Shown piece by piece: positions 50,918-63,296 of a stretch of DNA of 64,000 nt; the first letter of the stretch is position 1, and the number at the start of each line of letters is the position of its first letter. The stretch lies in the NCBI GenBank assembly GCA_965153285.1, contig OZ229111.1, one strand, 5' to 3'. Under the pieces are notes generated by a model. The model saw only the letters and a list, made by a program, of their open reading frames with translations, had not been told where the DNA came from and did not search any database. Source of the stretch: Podarcis tiliguerta (lineage: Eukaryota). Position numbers and translations under genes: made by a program.

Positions 50918-51076
50918 CATAGAACCAGCAGAATGGTTGAGTTGGAAGGGAACCTGAGGACCATCTAGTTCAAGCCCCCCCCCCCCCCCCAGTCAGAAAT
51001 ATGTCGCTGTCCCATACGGGGATCAAACCTGCAACCTTGGCGTTATCAGCACCACACTCTAACCAACTGAGCTATC
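50918..51076 (-). mobile_element. tRNA-headed SINE with CR1 tail (Squam3-like)
   Basis: Reverse complement of the 58954-59098 copy; abuts a partial hAT MITE at 51077-51183. Confidence 0.8.
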
Positions 51077-51426
51077 TGTTGGAATCCAATTACCACCAGT
51101 TCCAGTCAGCAAGGTCCATGATGAGGGGTGATGAGAGCTGTAGTCCAGTGACATCAGGAGAACCACTACGTTGGCTATCCCTGCCCTAAAGCAACACCTT
51201 AGAATTACAATACCCATACAGGCCCAGGGGTCATTAAATCTGAGCTTGCCTTGGTAAACACCAAAATGTTTGTTCTCAACATGACCCTATCCCTCCCCTC
51301 CAGAGGGAGGGAACAAAGTCTTCTGGCATTAGTCTGAGCTTGAGGTACTGAGCACTACTGTGTGTGTGGGGGGGGGGGGAGTAAACTCCTATTCTTGTCT
51401 ACAGCTGAGGAGAGGGCTGGGATATA

Positions 51427-51623
51427 CAGTGGTACCTCGGGTTACAGACGCTTCAGGTTACAAACTCTGCTACCCAGAAATAGTACCTCAGGTTAAGAAC
51501 TTTGCTTCAGGATGTGAACAGAAATCGTGCAGCGGCAGCGGGAGTCCCCATTAGCTAAAGTGGTACCTCAGGTTAAGAACGGACCTCCAGAACGAATTAA
51601 GTTCTTAACCCGAGGTACCACTG
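51427..51623 (+). mobile_element. Tc1/mariner-type MITE, family A copy 5 (internally deleted)
   Basis: TA|CAGTGGTACCTCGGGTTA...TAACCCGAGGTACCACTG|TA, perfect 18-bp TIRs. Confidence 0.95.
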
Positions 51624-52371
51624 TATATTGTACCCACTGGACTATGCCTTAGAATGCCCAGAATGCATCAGTAAGACTCATAGTTCTCCAAGTGCTTTTG
51701 AGGTTTGGTGCCCAACCAGAGAGAATACCTGCCATTCTCCTAAGCTTCTCCAGGAACTAAAGAAAGGAGTGGGGAGGCTCTCCTTGATTTTGTGCTCTGG
51801 TGAGAGCAGAAGATTGCCTCGCTAGCAGCAAGCTCACAAGGGTATTTGTGGATCCTTGTCCATGCCCCAAACCCCACACTTTAACTGAGCTTTTAACAAC
51901 AAATCCAAACCATGCCTTTGCTGTCATCCCTGTGTTCCCACTGATGCCAAAGGGATCCATGCTCCAGGTAAGCAGGAATCCTGTGGCAGCACTGTAGCCA
52001 AGGAATCTGCTAGGACTCAGAGTTCTAGACATCTGTACAACTCAATATAAATATATGGTCATTTTCTGACACCTCACACTAATACTAATACAACACAATG
52101 TGTCAAAGGCACATAAGAACAGTGCAGTTGGCAGGAAGTGGACCTGTGAATCTGATGGGGGACACAGTAATTCTGATAAAACAAAAATACTGTATACAGT
52201 TTTGTGTTTGCAAGTGTGTGTGCCTGTGCATTAATAGTAGAAGCCTTTCTTAGGGTGGAACCTCTAAACTACATTCTTGAGAAGACAGCAATATGCCCAA
52301 ACTAAGAGAGGGAGAGAAAGAGAACAAACTCTGATGGTGCCCAATAAAAGCAAGTTAAGGGATGTAAATGA

Positions 52372-52721
52372 GGGACGAGGGTGGTGCTATGGGTTAAACC
52401 AAAGAGTCTAGGACTTGCCGATCAGAAGGTCGGCAGTTCGAATCCCTGCGACAGGGAGAGCGCCCATTGCTCGGTCCCTGCTCCTGCCAACCTAGCAGTT
52501 CAAAAGCACGTCAAAATGCAAGTAGATAAATAGGTACCGCTCCAGCGGGAAGGTAAACGGCGTTTCCGTGCACTGCTCTGGTTTGCCAGAAGTGGCTTAG
52601 TCATGCCAGCCACATGACCTGGAAGCTGTACGCCGGGTCCCTTGGCCAATAAAGCGAGATGAGCGCTGCAACCCCAGAATCAGCCATGACTGGACCTAAT
52701 GGTCAGAGGTCCCTTTACCTT
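52372..52721 (+). mobile_element. Full-length Sauria SINE with 15-bp TSD
   Basis: gggacgagggtggtgct...ccctttacct; TSD ttaagggatgtaaat at 52355-52369 and 52722-52736. Confidence 0.96.
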
Positions 52722-53579
52722 TTAAGGGATGTAAATAGTTCCCCTTCATTCCTCAAGTCCCTGGAATGACCACTCTGGCGGCCTGTTTCCCCCTTGTTTT
52801 GTTCTTGCCTCTGCTTATCCTTCTCTTCATGTAAAGTGTAACATAGGGAGGACAAATGAGACTCAACGAGAGGGAAATTAAAAGAAGTCAAAATGGAAGA
52901 AGCTGCAGCAATATATCCCTCCCCCTTGTTTTTGGTGCAAGCTCATCTGTTCTCCTCTTCCCACCCTTAGGTTCAAGCCCTTTCCCTCTTCTAAACCTCA
53001 GTCCTAAAATTACTTATTATCCGATCACTATAGACTCACTTGCCCTGCCATCTGCCATCATGTACTTATTTATCACTGGGATTTATATCCCCCTTAAGGT
53101 CACAGGCTGGGTTACATCAATAAAAGCAAAAATACAAACAAACCTAAACAAATTGTACACAAAGATATAAAGTCGTAAGCATCAGGTGTCTAGAATCAGC
53201 TTATAAATTTACGATCTGATAAAAAATGATTTCTGGTGATCACACATTCTTGTTGCTCCTTTGTCAGGCTACGACTTCCCACACTTTCATTCTTCTCTTG
53301 CCATGCTCTTTGGAAGAGCATTCATGTTAATACAGTCAAGCCCCAACCAAGTCGTTTTTCTGCTCCTTCGCTGCATCGGTGGCCCAAAAGCTGCATCTCA
53401 GGATCCCACCATGCAAGGTGAAATGTTGGGATGGGCAAGCAGAAAGTCTGCTCTCCATGAAAGGTGGTGGAAGGGGTGCTGAGTGCTGAATAGACCCCTT
53501 AAAGGGTCTTGTTTTAGTCCTGCTATACTGCTCCTAAGGGGAAAATGGTTTACCTTGAGGGCTACTTTGGGAAAGATTC

Positions 53580-53835
53580 ATTCATTCGTTCATTCATTTC
53601 CCGCTGTTCACCCTAAGGTCCTAGAGCAAGTTGCAGCATTAAAAAAAACACCATGAAAACTGTGTAAATCAAGTTACAACCATAAAAATAAGGCAGGTCC
53701 CCAAAATACATATCTCAAGTGTCAAAAGCCAGGGTAAAAAGAACAACCTCAGGAAGCTGTATCATGAAGGCCCTCTGTGTGGAGGGCGTTCCACAGCTTA
53801 GGGGCCACCACAGTGAATGCCCTCCCCCAGGACAC

Positions 53836-53877
<42 letters not shown>

Positions 53878-54185
53878 CAGAGAAACTCCCAAGAGGGCCC
53901 CCTCTGCCGATCTCAGCACCAAGAAGGTCTATAGGGAAGGAGGCAGTCATTCAGATATTGGGGGCATGACTCATTTCCCAAATTTTGGTCTCCAGCTGTT
54001 GTTGGACTACAACTCCCATCATCCCTAGCTAGCACAACCAGTGGTCAGGGATGATGGGAACAGTAGTCCAAAAAAACAGCTGGAGACCAAAATTTGGGAA
54101 ACCCTGATTTAGGGGCTTTAAACATCAACGTGCGCACCTTGGATTGGGCCAGGAAATGAACTGGCAACCAGTGCAGCTCTTTTAG
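53580..54185 (-). mobile_element. Degenerate L2 fragment interrupted by (CA)n at 53838-53875 and a MITE at 53974-54106
   Basis: gagggcgttccacagcttaggggccaccacagtgaatgccct and tttaggggctttaaacatc are reverse-strand L2 3' motifs. Confidence 0.65.
53974..54106. mobile_element. Hairpin hAT-type MITE
   Basis: Long inverted arms tttcccaaattttggtctccagctgtt ... aacagctggagaccaaaatttgggaaa. Confidence 0.85.
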
Positions 54186-56477
54186 TACAGCAGATGACTG
54201 TGGCAGCCTGCAAGATGGGAGAGGTGTGCTGGGCCTTTCTTCTTTCCCGCATATTTCTCTTTTAAGTGAAGATAGTGGTGCCAGGGAACCAGGACAGTAT
54301 GATGGGTTGGGTGCGAGTGGCTCACTTCAGGCAGGCTCTACCACGCACCCCAATTCTGTGCCACCTATGTTACACATTCCTAGTTGTGAAGCATGCAGTA
54401 GGACCCACTTTGGCAGTTGTGCACAGCTGCACTTGTGGCAAGAGGTGTACAGTACCCACTGGACAACTGGCAATGTTTCCTAGGGTAGTTTTCTTGGGTT
54501 GCACACTCCTTGGGTTGCTAGTGCAGTTGTGCTGTCCCAGCACATTATGGTGCTGCAGCTGTTGCTAAGTTATGCTAAATATTAACAGTAAGTATATTTT
54601 ATCGCAACCACTCCAGAACAGAAAAAAACAAAACCATTCTAGGGAAATTGTTCACTTCCAGAAATCTTTATCAAAATCTACCACCTGCCAATCGGCAGCT
54701 AAGATTTCCACGGGGGCTGTGTCCCTCTAGCTTATTTTTCTGTACAACACATGCAACTTCCGTATCTTTCAAGTACTTAACTGGATCCTATCTTCTCCAT
54801 AAACTGGCTTACCTTAAACCAATCGCGTTTCTGATTGTTACCGGGAACTTAACTTGCTTGGCCGGCACTTTCCCATGTAGAAAGCTGAAAAGCGAGGAAG
54901 GTCCAGGGGCACAAATGCTTTCCACATGCACCAATATTCAGATATGCTTTGCTAGCTTTCACATGCATACAGCCCTCTCCCTTTATGCAGGGTTGGCTTT
55001 TTGTCCAAGTTTAGACACTGGGATATTTAGACACTGTGCTGTAGCAAAGTACGTCTGGAAAAGGGGTGAGAAACTTGTTCACATTCAGATGCAGCCTTCC
55101 CATTTATATTTCCAAATTGCTTACTTGGTTGCATTTAACATGATTTAAATGTACAATGGGTGCCAAACTGCTGAAAGTGTACATTACACTTATTTCATAA
55201 CATTTTAACTCTGAAATTGTTGCCCCCAAATGTGGAAAACTGAGGCAGGTTGTATAAAACTTATATACAGGCTTAGAAATCACTTTTTTAAAAAACGAAG
55301 GATTGGGGTGTCTTTTTACTTGCCTCTTTATGACAGTTTTTTTAATAAAAAAAACACAAACAAAATTGGTCACATTTCCCCCTGCTTCCCCACTAGCGGA
55401 AGCTGAGATGATTCTAACAAAGGTTGCACAGCACAGGGACACATGTGTCCATATGTTTCCCCTCTCTTTCTTCCTTTTTAGAGAGACAGAAAGTTGCAAG
55501 CCTACAAATTCTGTGACTAATTAAGGCTACATCTGCCTGCGAGCATATGCACCTGGATCGTGGGGTAGAACACCTTGTGATGGCAAGGCGCCAATAGAGG
55601 GTAGCCTCCTCTCAAGACCATGAAGAGCATAGCATGACCTTGGCTGCAAAGGGCACTTCCAGTCACAACTCTGGGGGGCAGCCAGGACATAGGACAGGTG
55701 GCTTCTCAGCAGGCAGGTTGGCTTTGAGCAGCAATTATGTCTTAGTTGGCAGAGTGGAGCATGGTTCGGAGCCTGGGACTCAGCAGTCACCCTAGCTGCT
55801 TGGTGAAGAGGATGTGAGAGGTGACAAGATCTGTGGAGAGTTCCCCCATAGAACAGAAATGAGGTCTCCTAGGGACCACTAGGCAACAAAGGTTTTCTTT
55901 GGGATTCCTCCATACTTGGTTGGCTCAGCATGATGGCTTACATCCCTCACACCCAGAGTACTCAGAGAATAGACTCTGGCTAATCAGTTTCTTCAAACTG
56001 TTGGTGATTCTTTGTTAAAGAATTAAATGTGCATAAGGCCCATCATAGCAGTTTGCTGGGTGTTGGTTTAACCAGAGAGTGCAGGGCACCTTATAAGTTG
56101 GGATCTATTTGTAACCATGCAAAAACAGGTGGGGTGCAGCTTTGGGGTGGGCATCTTGAGGAAGGAGATGAGCAGGGATGTGTAGAAGTGGAAAGGGCAC
56201 AAAAAGGATGCCCTGGCTGGGTGCCCAGGTGGTGCCATGATGCATATGCGACAGAGCAGAGAATAGCCATATCCTATGCCAAACACATTCACATGTGCAG
56301 CCCCAAAGCTCAGCTCACTCATGTGTGTGCATCCTGCTCACACACAGCCTAACACCCAACAACCACACACAGCTTCCTTGAATGGATGTTTCTAATACCA
56401 AGAAGACATTCTGAATCACTACAGTAAATAACCATCTGAAACCTACCCAAGCTTGGGACCTAAAGAGTTAAACTCAC

Positions 56478-56590
56478 AGCCCTCCAGATGTTGTTGGACT
56501 GCAGCTCCTATCAGTCCCAGATGACCAATAGTCAGGGATGATGGGAGTTGCAGTCCTACAGCATTTGGTGGGTCACAGGCTCCCCACCTC
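56478..56590. mobile_element. hAT-type palindromic MITE
   Basis: gccctccagatgttgttggactgcagctcc...gggatgatgggagttgcagtcc...cacaggctcccca. Confidence 0.7.
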
Positions 56591-57442
56591 CAAGTTAAAC
56601 TAAGGAACAACATGGGAGAGAAACAGCACCATGTACATTCTATCAAGGGAAGGTGCGCTGTCATGTTTACACCTGCAAGATACAAGGGACTGAAAAGGTA
56701 AACAGGAGTCCAAGATGGCAAAAGAGACCCAGAGATTGCATTTTAGCCTACTCCTGGTTTAAGTAAATGCCCCCATCTCTTTGCCTCTGGATTTAGATGA
56801 TTGGAATGTAGAATAAACTGCTTTGATGCTACAGGAAGCAAAGTTCAGAACTTGTTAGGAAGCTAGAATTTCCCCAACGGTTTTAAATATTATTTTTACA
56901 GTGTTGTGTTAACTTTGCCTTGCATTATGTTGGTGCCCTGGAATCACACACGTATCCCATGCACTATCCCATCCCTGTTTCAGTCCTTAATGTTTCGTTT
57001 TGCCTGCTGCAGCGCAAAATGAATTTTCACATATAAGAGAAAAAGGACACTCCCCTCCTGCTATTTTTTTAAGGGTCATTACAAATATACATGATTTTAG
57101 TGTTAAGGCTGCTGGAGAGGCATACGCACTGCATTTTTTGGACAGATGTGCAGCCTCCTCTCTTGGATTGAGCACAGGCAAATCCTGGTTTTATGCTTTG
57201 CCTTTAAGAGAGTACTTCTTCAAGAATATAATAATGGCACGCCAAAAATGTTTGATCAGATCCATATGCCAGCTGCTTCAGAGGGGGGAGTGGGCAGCCC
57301 ATGTGTGGCATGTGGGAGGGCTGAAGAAGAAGAGCCACCAATCAGTACTTGAATCCAGAGGCTGGGTGTGTTCCTCGAGGAACAAAGGTAGGAGGAAGCA
57401 GACTCCCTCCACAGCAGAAACACCTGCGCCTGCTTCCATGTA

Positions 57443-57660
57443 CAGTGGTACCTCAGGTTACATACACTTCAGGTTACAGACTCCGCTAACCCAGAAATAG
57501 TACCTCAGGTTAAGAACTTTGCTTCAGGATGAGAACAGAAATCGTGCTCCGGAAGCAGCGGGAGGCCCCATTAGCTAAAGTGGTGCTTCAGGTTAAGAAC
57601 AGTTTCAGGTTAAGAACGGACCTCCAGAACGAATTAAGTTCTTAACCTGAGGTACCACTG
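57443..57660 (+). mobile_element. Tc1/mariner-type MITE, family A copy 6
   Basis: TA|CAGTGGTACCTCAGGTTA...TAACCTGAGGTACCACTG|TG (right TSD mutated). Confidence 0.94.
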
Positions 57661-57815
57661 TGCATCTCTATGCATGCTTAGGATGCAATCCTAATAGGCA
57701 CAGATAGCTACATCCTCCATTCATTTGTCTAATCCTCTTCAAAAGCCATCAAAGTTGATGGCCATCACTAACTAGTGGGCCTGAATGCAGCAGGAAAAAA
57801 TCACAGCATCTAGAA

Positions 57816-57933
57816 CAGGGATGTGGACCCCTGGCCTTCCAGATGTTGCTGAACTACAACTCCCATCATCCCCAGGGGCCAATGAGAGTTGTGGTGCAGT
57901 AGCATCTTCCGGGGCAAAGGTTCCGCCCAGTTG
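57816..57933. mobile_element. hAT-type MITE with 8-bp TSD
   Basis: cagggatg...ccagatgttgctgaactacaactcccatcatccc...; TSD atctagaa (57808-57815) / atcgagaa (57934-57941). Confidence 0.75.
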
Positions 57934-57959
57934 ATCGAGAACTCTAGGAACCAAGGAAG

Positions 57960-58127
57960 TTACCTTATATAAAGTGAGGCTATTGGCCCATCTAGTTCAG
58001 TATTGTCTCCTCTGAGCTGCAGGAGCTTTCTGCACTTTCAGGCAGGGCCATCTCTGTCTGGAGATCCCAGGCTTGACCCTGAAGCCCTCTGCATGAAACC
58101 ATGCATTCTACCACAAAGCTGTAGCCC
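57960..58127 (-). mobile_element. Older tRNA-derived squamate SINE
   Basis: ccattggcccatctagttcagtattgtc-like body and gcttgaccctgaagccctctgcatg...ctaccacaaagctgtagccc reverse-strand tRNA head. Confidence 0.6.
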
Positions 58128-58847
58128 TTCCCTTCCTGCCGCCCGCAGCGACAGAGTTATATTCCGAGTTATTCATATGTCTCTTACTGACAGAGCAACA
58201 AAATTAAATAAAATTGCCACCTTTTAAATCAATACTGGTTCTTTCTCTTAAGCTGCCTGGCTCAAAAACCTTTCTTGCCTGCTGCTGCAGTCACCTGAAA
58301 TTCAAGGTGCGCGCGCGCACACACACACGTCTTAAAACATCAGGAATAAATAGAAGTGCTTTAGAAGAACTACAGTGGGTCAGGGATAGAGGTGGGACAG
58401 CAGCAGTTTTAGAAGAGTAGGAGAAATGAAGGCTAAAGCTGAAAGACCTTTAAGGAACTAGGATGAGGATAGTTTTAGAGGTCTGCAGTTTACTGAATGC
58501 CATGACCCAGTGACTTGGACAGTGAGCCAGATGGAAATGGGTGAACTGAGTCACAGCTGCACCACCTAGCTGGTCCAGCACCTAGGGCACACTAGAATAA
58601 TGAGTCCTTTGAACCTGAAAACCCCAGGCCAAGGTCCTCAGGGACTGCAGCCTCCAAGCCAGACCCCACTAAGAAACCAAAATCCTTGCCCTCAGATGCA
58701 TCATGCACCAAACCTAGCCATCATCACAGCTAGCATATGCAGCAAGAGATGATGCAGACCCAAGCCCGAAAGATGCCCCTCTATGCATTTCCACTATCCA
58801 GCAACAGTGAAGGGGGCCTGGGTGAGGCACTTAGACTCAGAAACTTT

Positions 58848-59130
58848 ATGGGGAACCCTGGGGGCCTCCAGATGTTGTTCGACTCCAAATCCCATCAACC
58901 TCAGCCAGCAAGCCCAATGGTCAGGGACGGTGCAAGTTCTAAATCAGCAAAATGGATAGCTCAGTTGGTTAGAGCATGATGCTGATAATTACCAAGGTTG
59001 CACGTTCGATCCTCGTATAGGGCAGCTGCATATTCCTGCCTTGCAGGGGGCTGGACTAGATGATCCTCAGGTTCCCTTCCAACTCTACAATTCTATGACC
59101 ACCTGGAGGGCCACAATTTAGCAACCCCTG
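58848..59130. mobile_element. hAT-type MITE interrupted by a SINE
   Basis: Left part ggggaaccctgggggcctccagatgtt...; right part ctggagggccacaatttagcaacccctg. Confidence 0.7.
58954..59098 (+). mobile_element. tRNA-headed SINE with CR1 tail (Squam3-like)
   Basis: ggatagctcagttggttagagc...gttcgatcc head, then ggactagatgatcctcaggttcccttccaactctacaattctatga. Confidence 0.85.
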
Positions 59131-59625
59131 ATATAAGGACTCAGATAGCACCTGACACTTTTTGGAACAAGTTGTCTCTTCCCTGAGACCTGCCTGGAGT
59201 TTTCAAGGGCACCTCTTTCTCTCTCTGACCACTCTCATTTTCTGTTTCTTGACCTTGAAGTGGGTACATGATCGCTTCCTGACAGTCCCCTGCTCCGGCT
59301 ACCTCTTTCAGACCACTGCCAGACCTGCTTCCTCCAGATTCCAGCATGGCTTCATTTTCCCCCAGAAACTAGACGCTGACTGGCTTCAGTGGGAGAAAAA
59401 CCGAAATGCTTTCTTATAAATGATGTGCAGGGTGGAGGGAAAGCTTCCTTAGAATTCTTGCTTGCTAAGGCAGCATAAATGTTTAATTCACAAATCAAGT
59501 GGCAGCTCAGCAGGGGGCAAAGTGGATTTTTCCTCACACATAAGAGTATCGTTTCTCCTGCAGGTTGAGCTGCGAAAGGCAGTAACCGTTTCACAACTCA
59601 GGGTCTTGGGAAAGGATCTGTGCAA

Positions 59626-59626
59626 A

Positions 59627-59658
<32 letters not shown>

Positions 59659-59668
59659 GAAAGAAAAG
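59626..59668 (+). repeat. (AAAG)n microsatellite
   Basis: Directly visible. Confidence 0.95.
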
Positions 59669-60252
59669 AAGTCCCTATTTTGTGTGTAAAGTCAACTTCC
59701 GCTTTCAAAATCATTCTGAAATATTTCCCGCCCCCCCCCCCCAAAGCTGAATAAGCGCACATAGGCTTGAGATGAGTCTCCCTGCTTTTTCTTGACTCAG
59801 CTCATACACAGGCACCGGGGGAAAAGTGCATATGAAGCCGAGGATAAATCTGTCACTACTGAAGCATATAATTAACCTGCAAGACTCATTGCCACCAGGA
59901 TGGGTCAAGAACAGAGATTACCGGGGGGGTGGGACTAGACAGACCTGGAGCTGAGCAAACAAAGCTCCACTGCAGTGAAGCAAAGCCTATTTACAAGTTT
60001 ACTCAGAAGTAAGATCCAAGGAGTTCTCAGGTAAGTGCTGACAGCAGCACAATACTGCAGCCCTAGCAATCACAGTCTTTAAGTCCTTCCCACATTACAT
60101 GCAGACTTATTGGGGTGTCTGAAAGCTCATACTACTTGAGAACTATGAGCAACGTCTGGCCATATGCCAGTCTATTAATACTGGGGGCCAAACTAGGCAT
60201 GAGGGCAGTATCAGATCTTCCTGTGTTATTAAAAACAAATAAAACGACAGCC

Positions 60253-60255
<3 letters not shown>

Positions 60256-60307
<52 letters not shown>
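60256..60307 (+). repeat. (CT)n(GT)n microsatellite
   Basis: Directly visible. Confidence 0.95.
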
Positions 60308-61873
60308 ATTTTAATCTTGGGGCTCATCTACACTCACCTGTTTCCCCACACTTTCCAGGAACAGGTCCACACCCACCTGGTCTGTGTCCGAGATTCCCCT
60401 TAGAGTCCCTTCCAACTCAACAATCCTATGATTCTACAATTTTAATGCTGAATCGGAACAAAGGTTTTCTGTGGATTGCCTGCTCCGATTCAGCGGGCAA
60501 GAGTGGGTTTTCAAAGGGGAAATTGTGGGGCTGGTGGGGGAGTGCTCAGACACAGACCTGGAAAGCCCCGACCTGTGCCTGGAAATGCAGAGCAAACGTA
60601 AGTGTGGATGAGCCCTTCAAAACAATGAAGAAGGGAAGCGTTAACCCCTTTCCCTGCCCCAATGCAATGGTCCTGACATACCGATATCGTAGCAGCTAAT
60701 GTACACAAGCACTGGTCAATGCAGAGCTCACTGGCGTTCCGGAAATCTGAACCAAGATTGCTTTGCTTTTTTCATTTGGAATAAATTCTGCACCTCATCC
60801 TCTCTTTTGTGCAGGAGTTGATACTGCATAGTCCCGGTGGTTACTTGTAGTCTGGAAGGCCAGGAAGCTCTGATCAAATGCTCCAGAAAAATGAGTTACT
60901 ACGACCAAACTAAGGAGGAGGATATAAATCTTCTGGCTTTCAACATGGGGCCATTTGGATGAGTGCTTCCTGGGGCAGATTAGCCCCCATCTGCCCAAAA
61001 CATGGGAAGTCTGGCACCAAGCTTTGAAGCAATCAGGTGCTGCCACTGTGGGAGACAGGATAATAGGTTGGATGGTTTTTTGGGAATGAACCAGGCAGGT
61101 AATTCCTACCTTCCTGATCTCACCCTTGCAAGCAGGTTTCCAATGATAAGAGCCAGCTGGCTGTCTCCAATGTAGCTCAAATATCCAGAAACCCCAACTT
61201 TTAAAAAATTGCTAGTTCCTTTCAAAGCAATGGAGCTTAGGATACAGCTTCACTGATTTTGTGTGTGCTTGTGTGTAATATATGGGCGTATATATATATT
61301 TTTTTAAAAAAATGAAAAGTCAGCTTTCAAGATGCAAAAAGCCCCTTGGAAAATTCCCTGACTTAGCGGCCTTCCCTTTCACCCCCATACCTGTTCGCAG
61401 CCCTGCTGCTTCAACACCATTTTTAAGGGATCTTTCATCTTCATTACACAATGCTTGCCAATCAGGGATGCAGTAGAGAACATATTGATATTATAGTGCC
61501 ACATAACCACCAGATGTGTGTTATGCAAAGAAATCACTAAGGGTAAAATAACCTTTCCCATTGCCCCCCCTCACTAAAGTGGGAGAAAAAGGGACTGTAT
61601 CCCTGATGCTTGCACAACTGGGCTGATGCTGCCTATATTCTTAAGTTGCACAGCTGGTTTCATTTACCACCACATCTGCACTCAAGTCATCACATTTCCT
61701 CTTTCTGAAGAGGCTGGTTCTACCGATATAGGTAGAAGTGGTGCAAATTTTCAAAATCCCATAGCTGCTGCCAGTCTAGGAAGGACCATAGTGTGCCTTT
61801 TACTACATTTCATGGACTGAGCATAAGCCCTACCACCTCTCTGGGTCCTTTTCATCTGTTCGCATCTCTCTTC

Positions 61874-61991
61874 TAGAGCATGAGACTGTGAATCTCAGGA
61901 TTTTGGATTCGAGCCCCACACTGGGCAAATGCAGGGGGTTGGACTAGATGATCCTCATGGTCCCTTCCAACTCTACCATTCTATTATTCTA
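61874..61991 (+). mobile_element. tRNA-headed SINE with CR1 tail, 5'-truncated
   Basis: tagagcatgagact...ggattcgagcccc...ggactagatgatcctcatggtcccttccaactctaccattcta. Confidence 0.8.
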
Positions 61992-62194
61992 ATGCACATA
62001 GAGGGGATGATAAGTTAAAGCAAGAAGGAGTACTAAAGAGGGGGGGGGGTTGGGGGAAGGAATCAGGTGTTCCAGTTTAGCCAAGATAGAGTTTAGCTAA
62101 AAAGTGGAATGAGACACAAGGAAACCATGGTTGGTAGAGAGCTGAAATAGCGTGGACCTGAGCCCTCAATTTCTGAAGCAAATACTAAAGTATA

Positions 62195-62198
<4 letters not shown>

Positions 62199-62247
<49 letters not shown>
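62199..62247 (+). repeat. (CT)n microsatellite
   Basis: Directly visible. Confidence 0.96.
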
Positions 62248-62249
<2 letters not shown>

Positions 62250-62542
62250 CCATCATCTTCCTTTAAGCCTTCAGAACCTGCTATAGATGGGAGAGGTGCC
62301 TTGTTGCAAAATATTGCAAATTTCACTTCTACTTGCAAAAATCATGGAAAAGGTAATTAACAAGGCTCTTCTTGGTGGCGGGGCAAGCAGTTGGGGTGAC
62401 TGCAAAAAGGAAAATGCACGGCTTTTGAAGAAGGAAAAAGGAAAGAAGCCTGTGGAATGGAGGAGGGGTGCTTTGCTGCAGGAGTATGAATACATGTAAG
62501 AGATAACAACGCTGGTCTTTGGCTCAGTTTGTGTTTGCCATA

Positions 62543-62632
62543 GCTGCAGTCTTATGCACACTTATCTGGGAGTAAGTTCCATTAAACTTAATGGGATTTA
62601 ATTCTGAGCGGGCATGAACAGGGTTGCACTGC
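62543..62632. mobile_element. Squamate palindromic MITE-like repeat
   Basis: cacacttatctgggagtaagttccattaaacttaatggga; same family as 11996-12086. Confidence 0.65.
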
Positions 62633-62992
62633 AGAGGGCTAGACAAGCCCTTTAGCATATTTGAGTCTGAGTTGTAGAGTGGAAGATGGCTTCGCCTCTA
62701 AGGAAACAGCAATAACAGCAACTATAAACAAAATAGGTTGTGCAGGGAGATATTGTGCCACTAGTAGAACTGCAGGAATGCTCTGTTAGATGGCCACAAC
62801 ATTTCAGCAACCATCACCCACACTAAACTCACAACTGCCATGGAGATTATGGTTTGTGTGACAAGAAACAGAAGCACCCCCTTAGGAAAGGCTTACAATA
62901 ACTGAGTAATAGAGGCTGTGTACACACCATACTTTTAAAGTGCATTTGAAACACATTTCCCAGCCCCCTCCCCCCAAAAAGATCAAAGGTTG

Positions 62993-63296
62993 TATTGGTA
63001 CCACTCTATTTTGCCTTGGTCAGACCACACCTGAAATATTGTGTCCAGTTGTGGGCACCACAATTTAAGAAGGATGTTGACAAATGGAACATGTGCAGAG
63101 GAGGGCAATCAAGATGATCAAGGGTCTGTAAACAAACCTTATGAGGAGTGGTTGAGTGAGTTGGGAATATTTAGCTGGAAAAGAGGACTGAGAGGAGATA
63201 TAATAGCCATCTTCAAATATCTGAAGGGCTGTCACATGGAAGATGGAGCAAGCTTGTTTTCTCTTGCTTTGGGTAGGACTCAAACCAATGGCTTCA
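62993..63296 (+). mobile_element. CR1 LINE ORF2 C-terminal fragment (frameshifted)
   Basis: [25 protein letters not shown]... and ...YEEWLSELGIFS...LRGDIIAIFKYLKGCH motifs of CR1 ORF2. Confidence 0.92.

Noticed and set aside
55570-56095. Possible further solo LTR (also ~13984-14430)
   Set aside because: LTR-like texture, but no matching TG...CA termini with a TSD could be established.
58954-59025. tRNA gene (also the tRNA-like heads at ~2610-2682, 24498, 51010-51076 and 61874)
   Set aside because: Degenerate cloverleaves fused to SINE bodies or CR1 tails: SINE heads, not tRNA genes.
60115-60699. 194-aa plus-strand ORF
   Set aside because: Runs through a (CT)n microsatellite and a CR1 tail, has a non-ATG start, and shows no recognisable domain.
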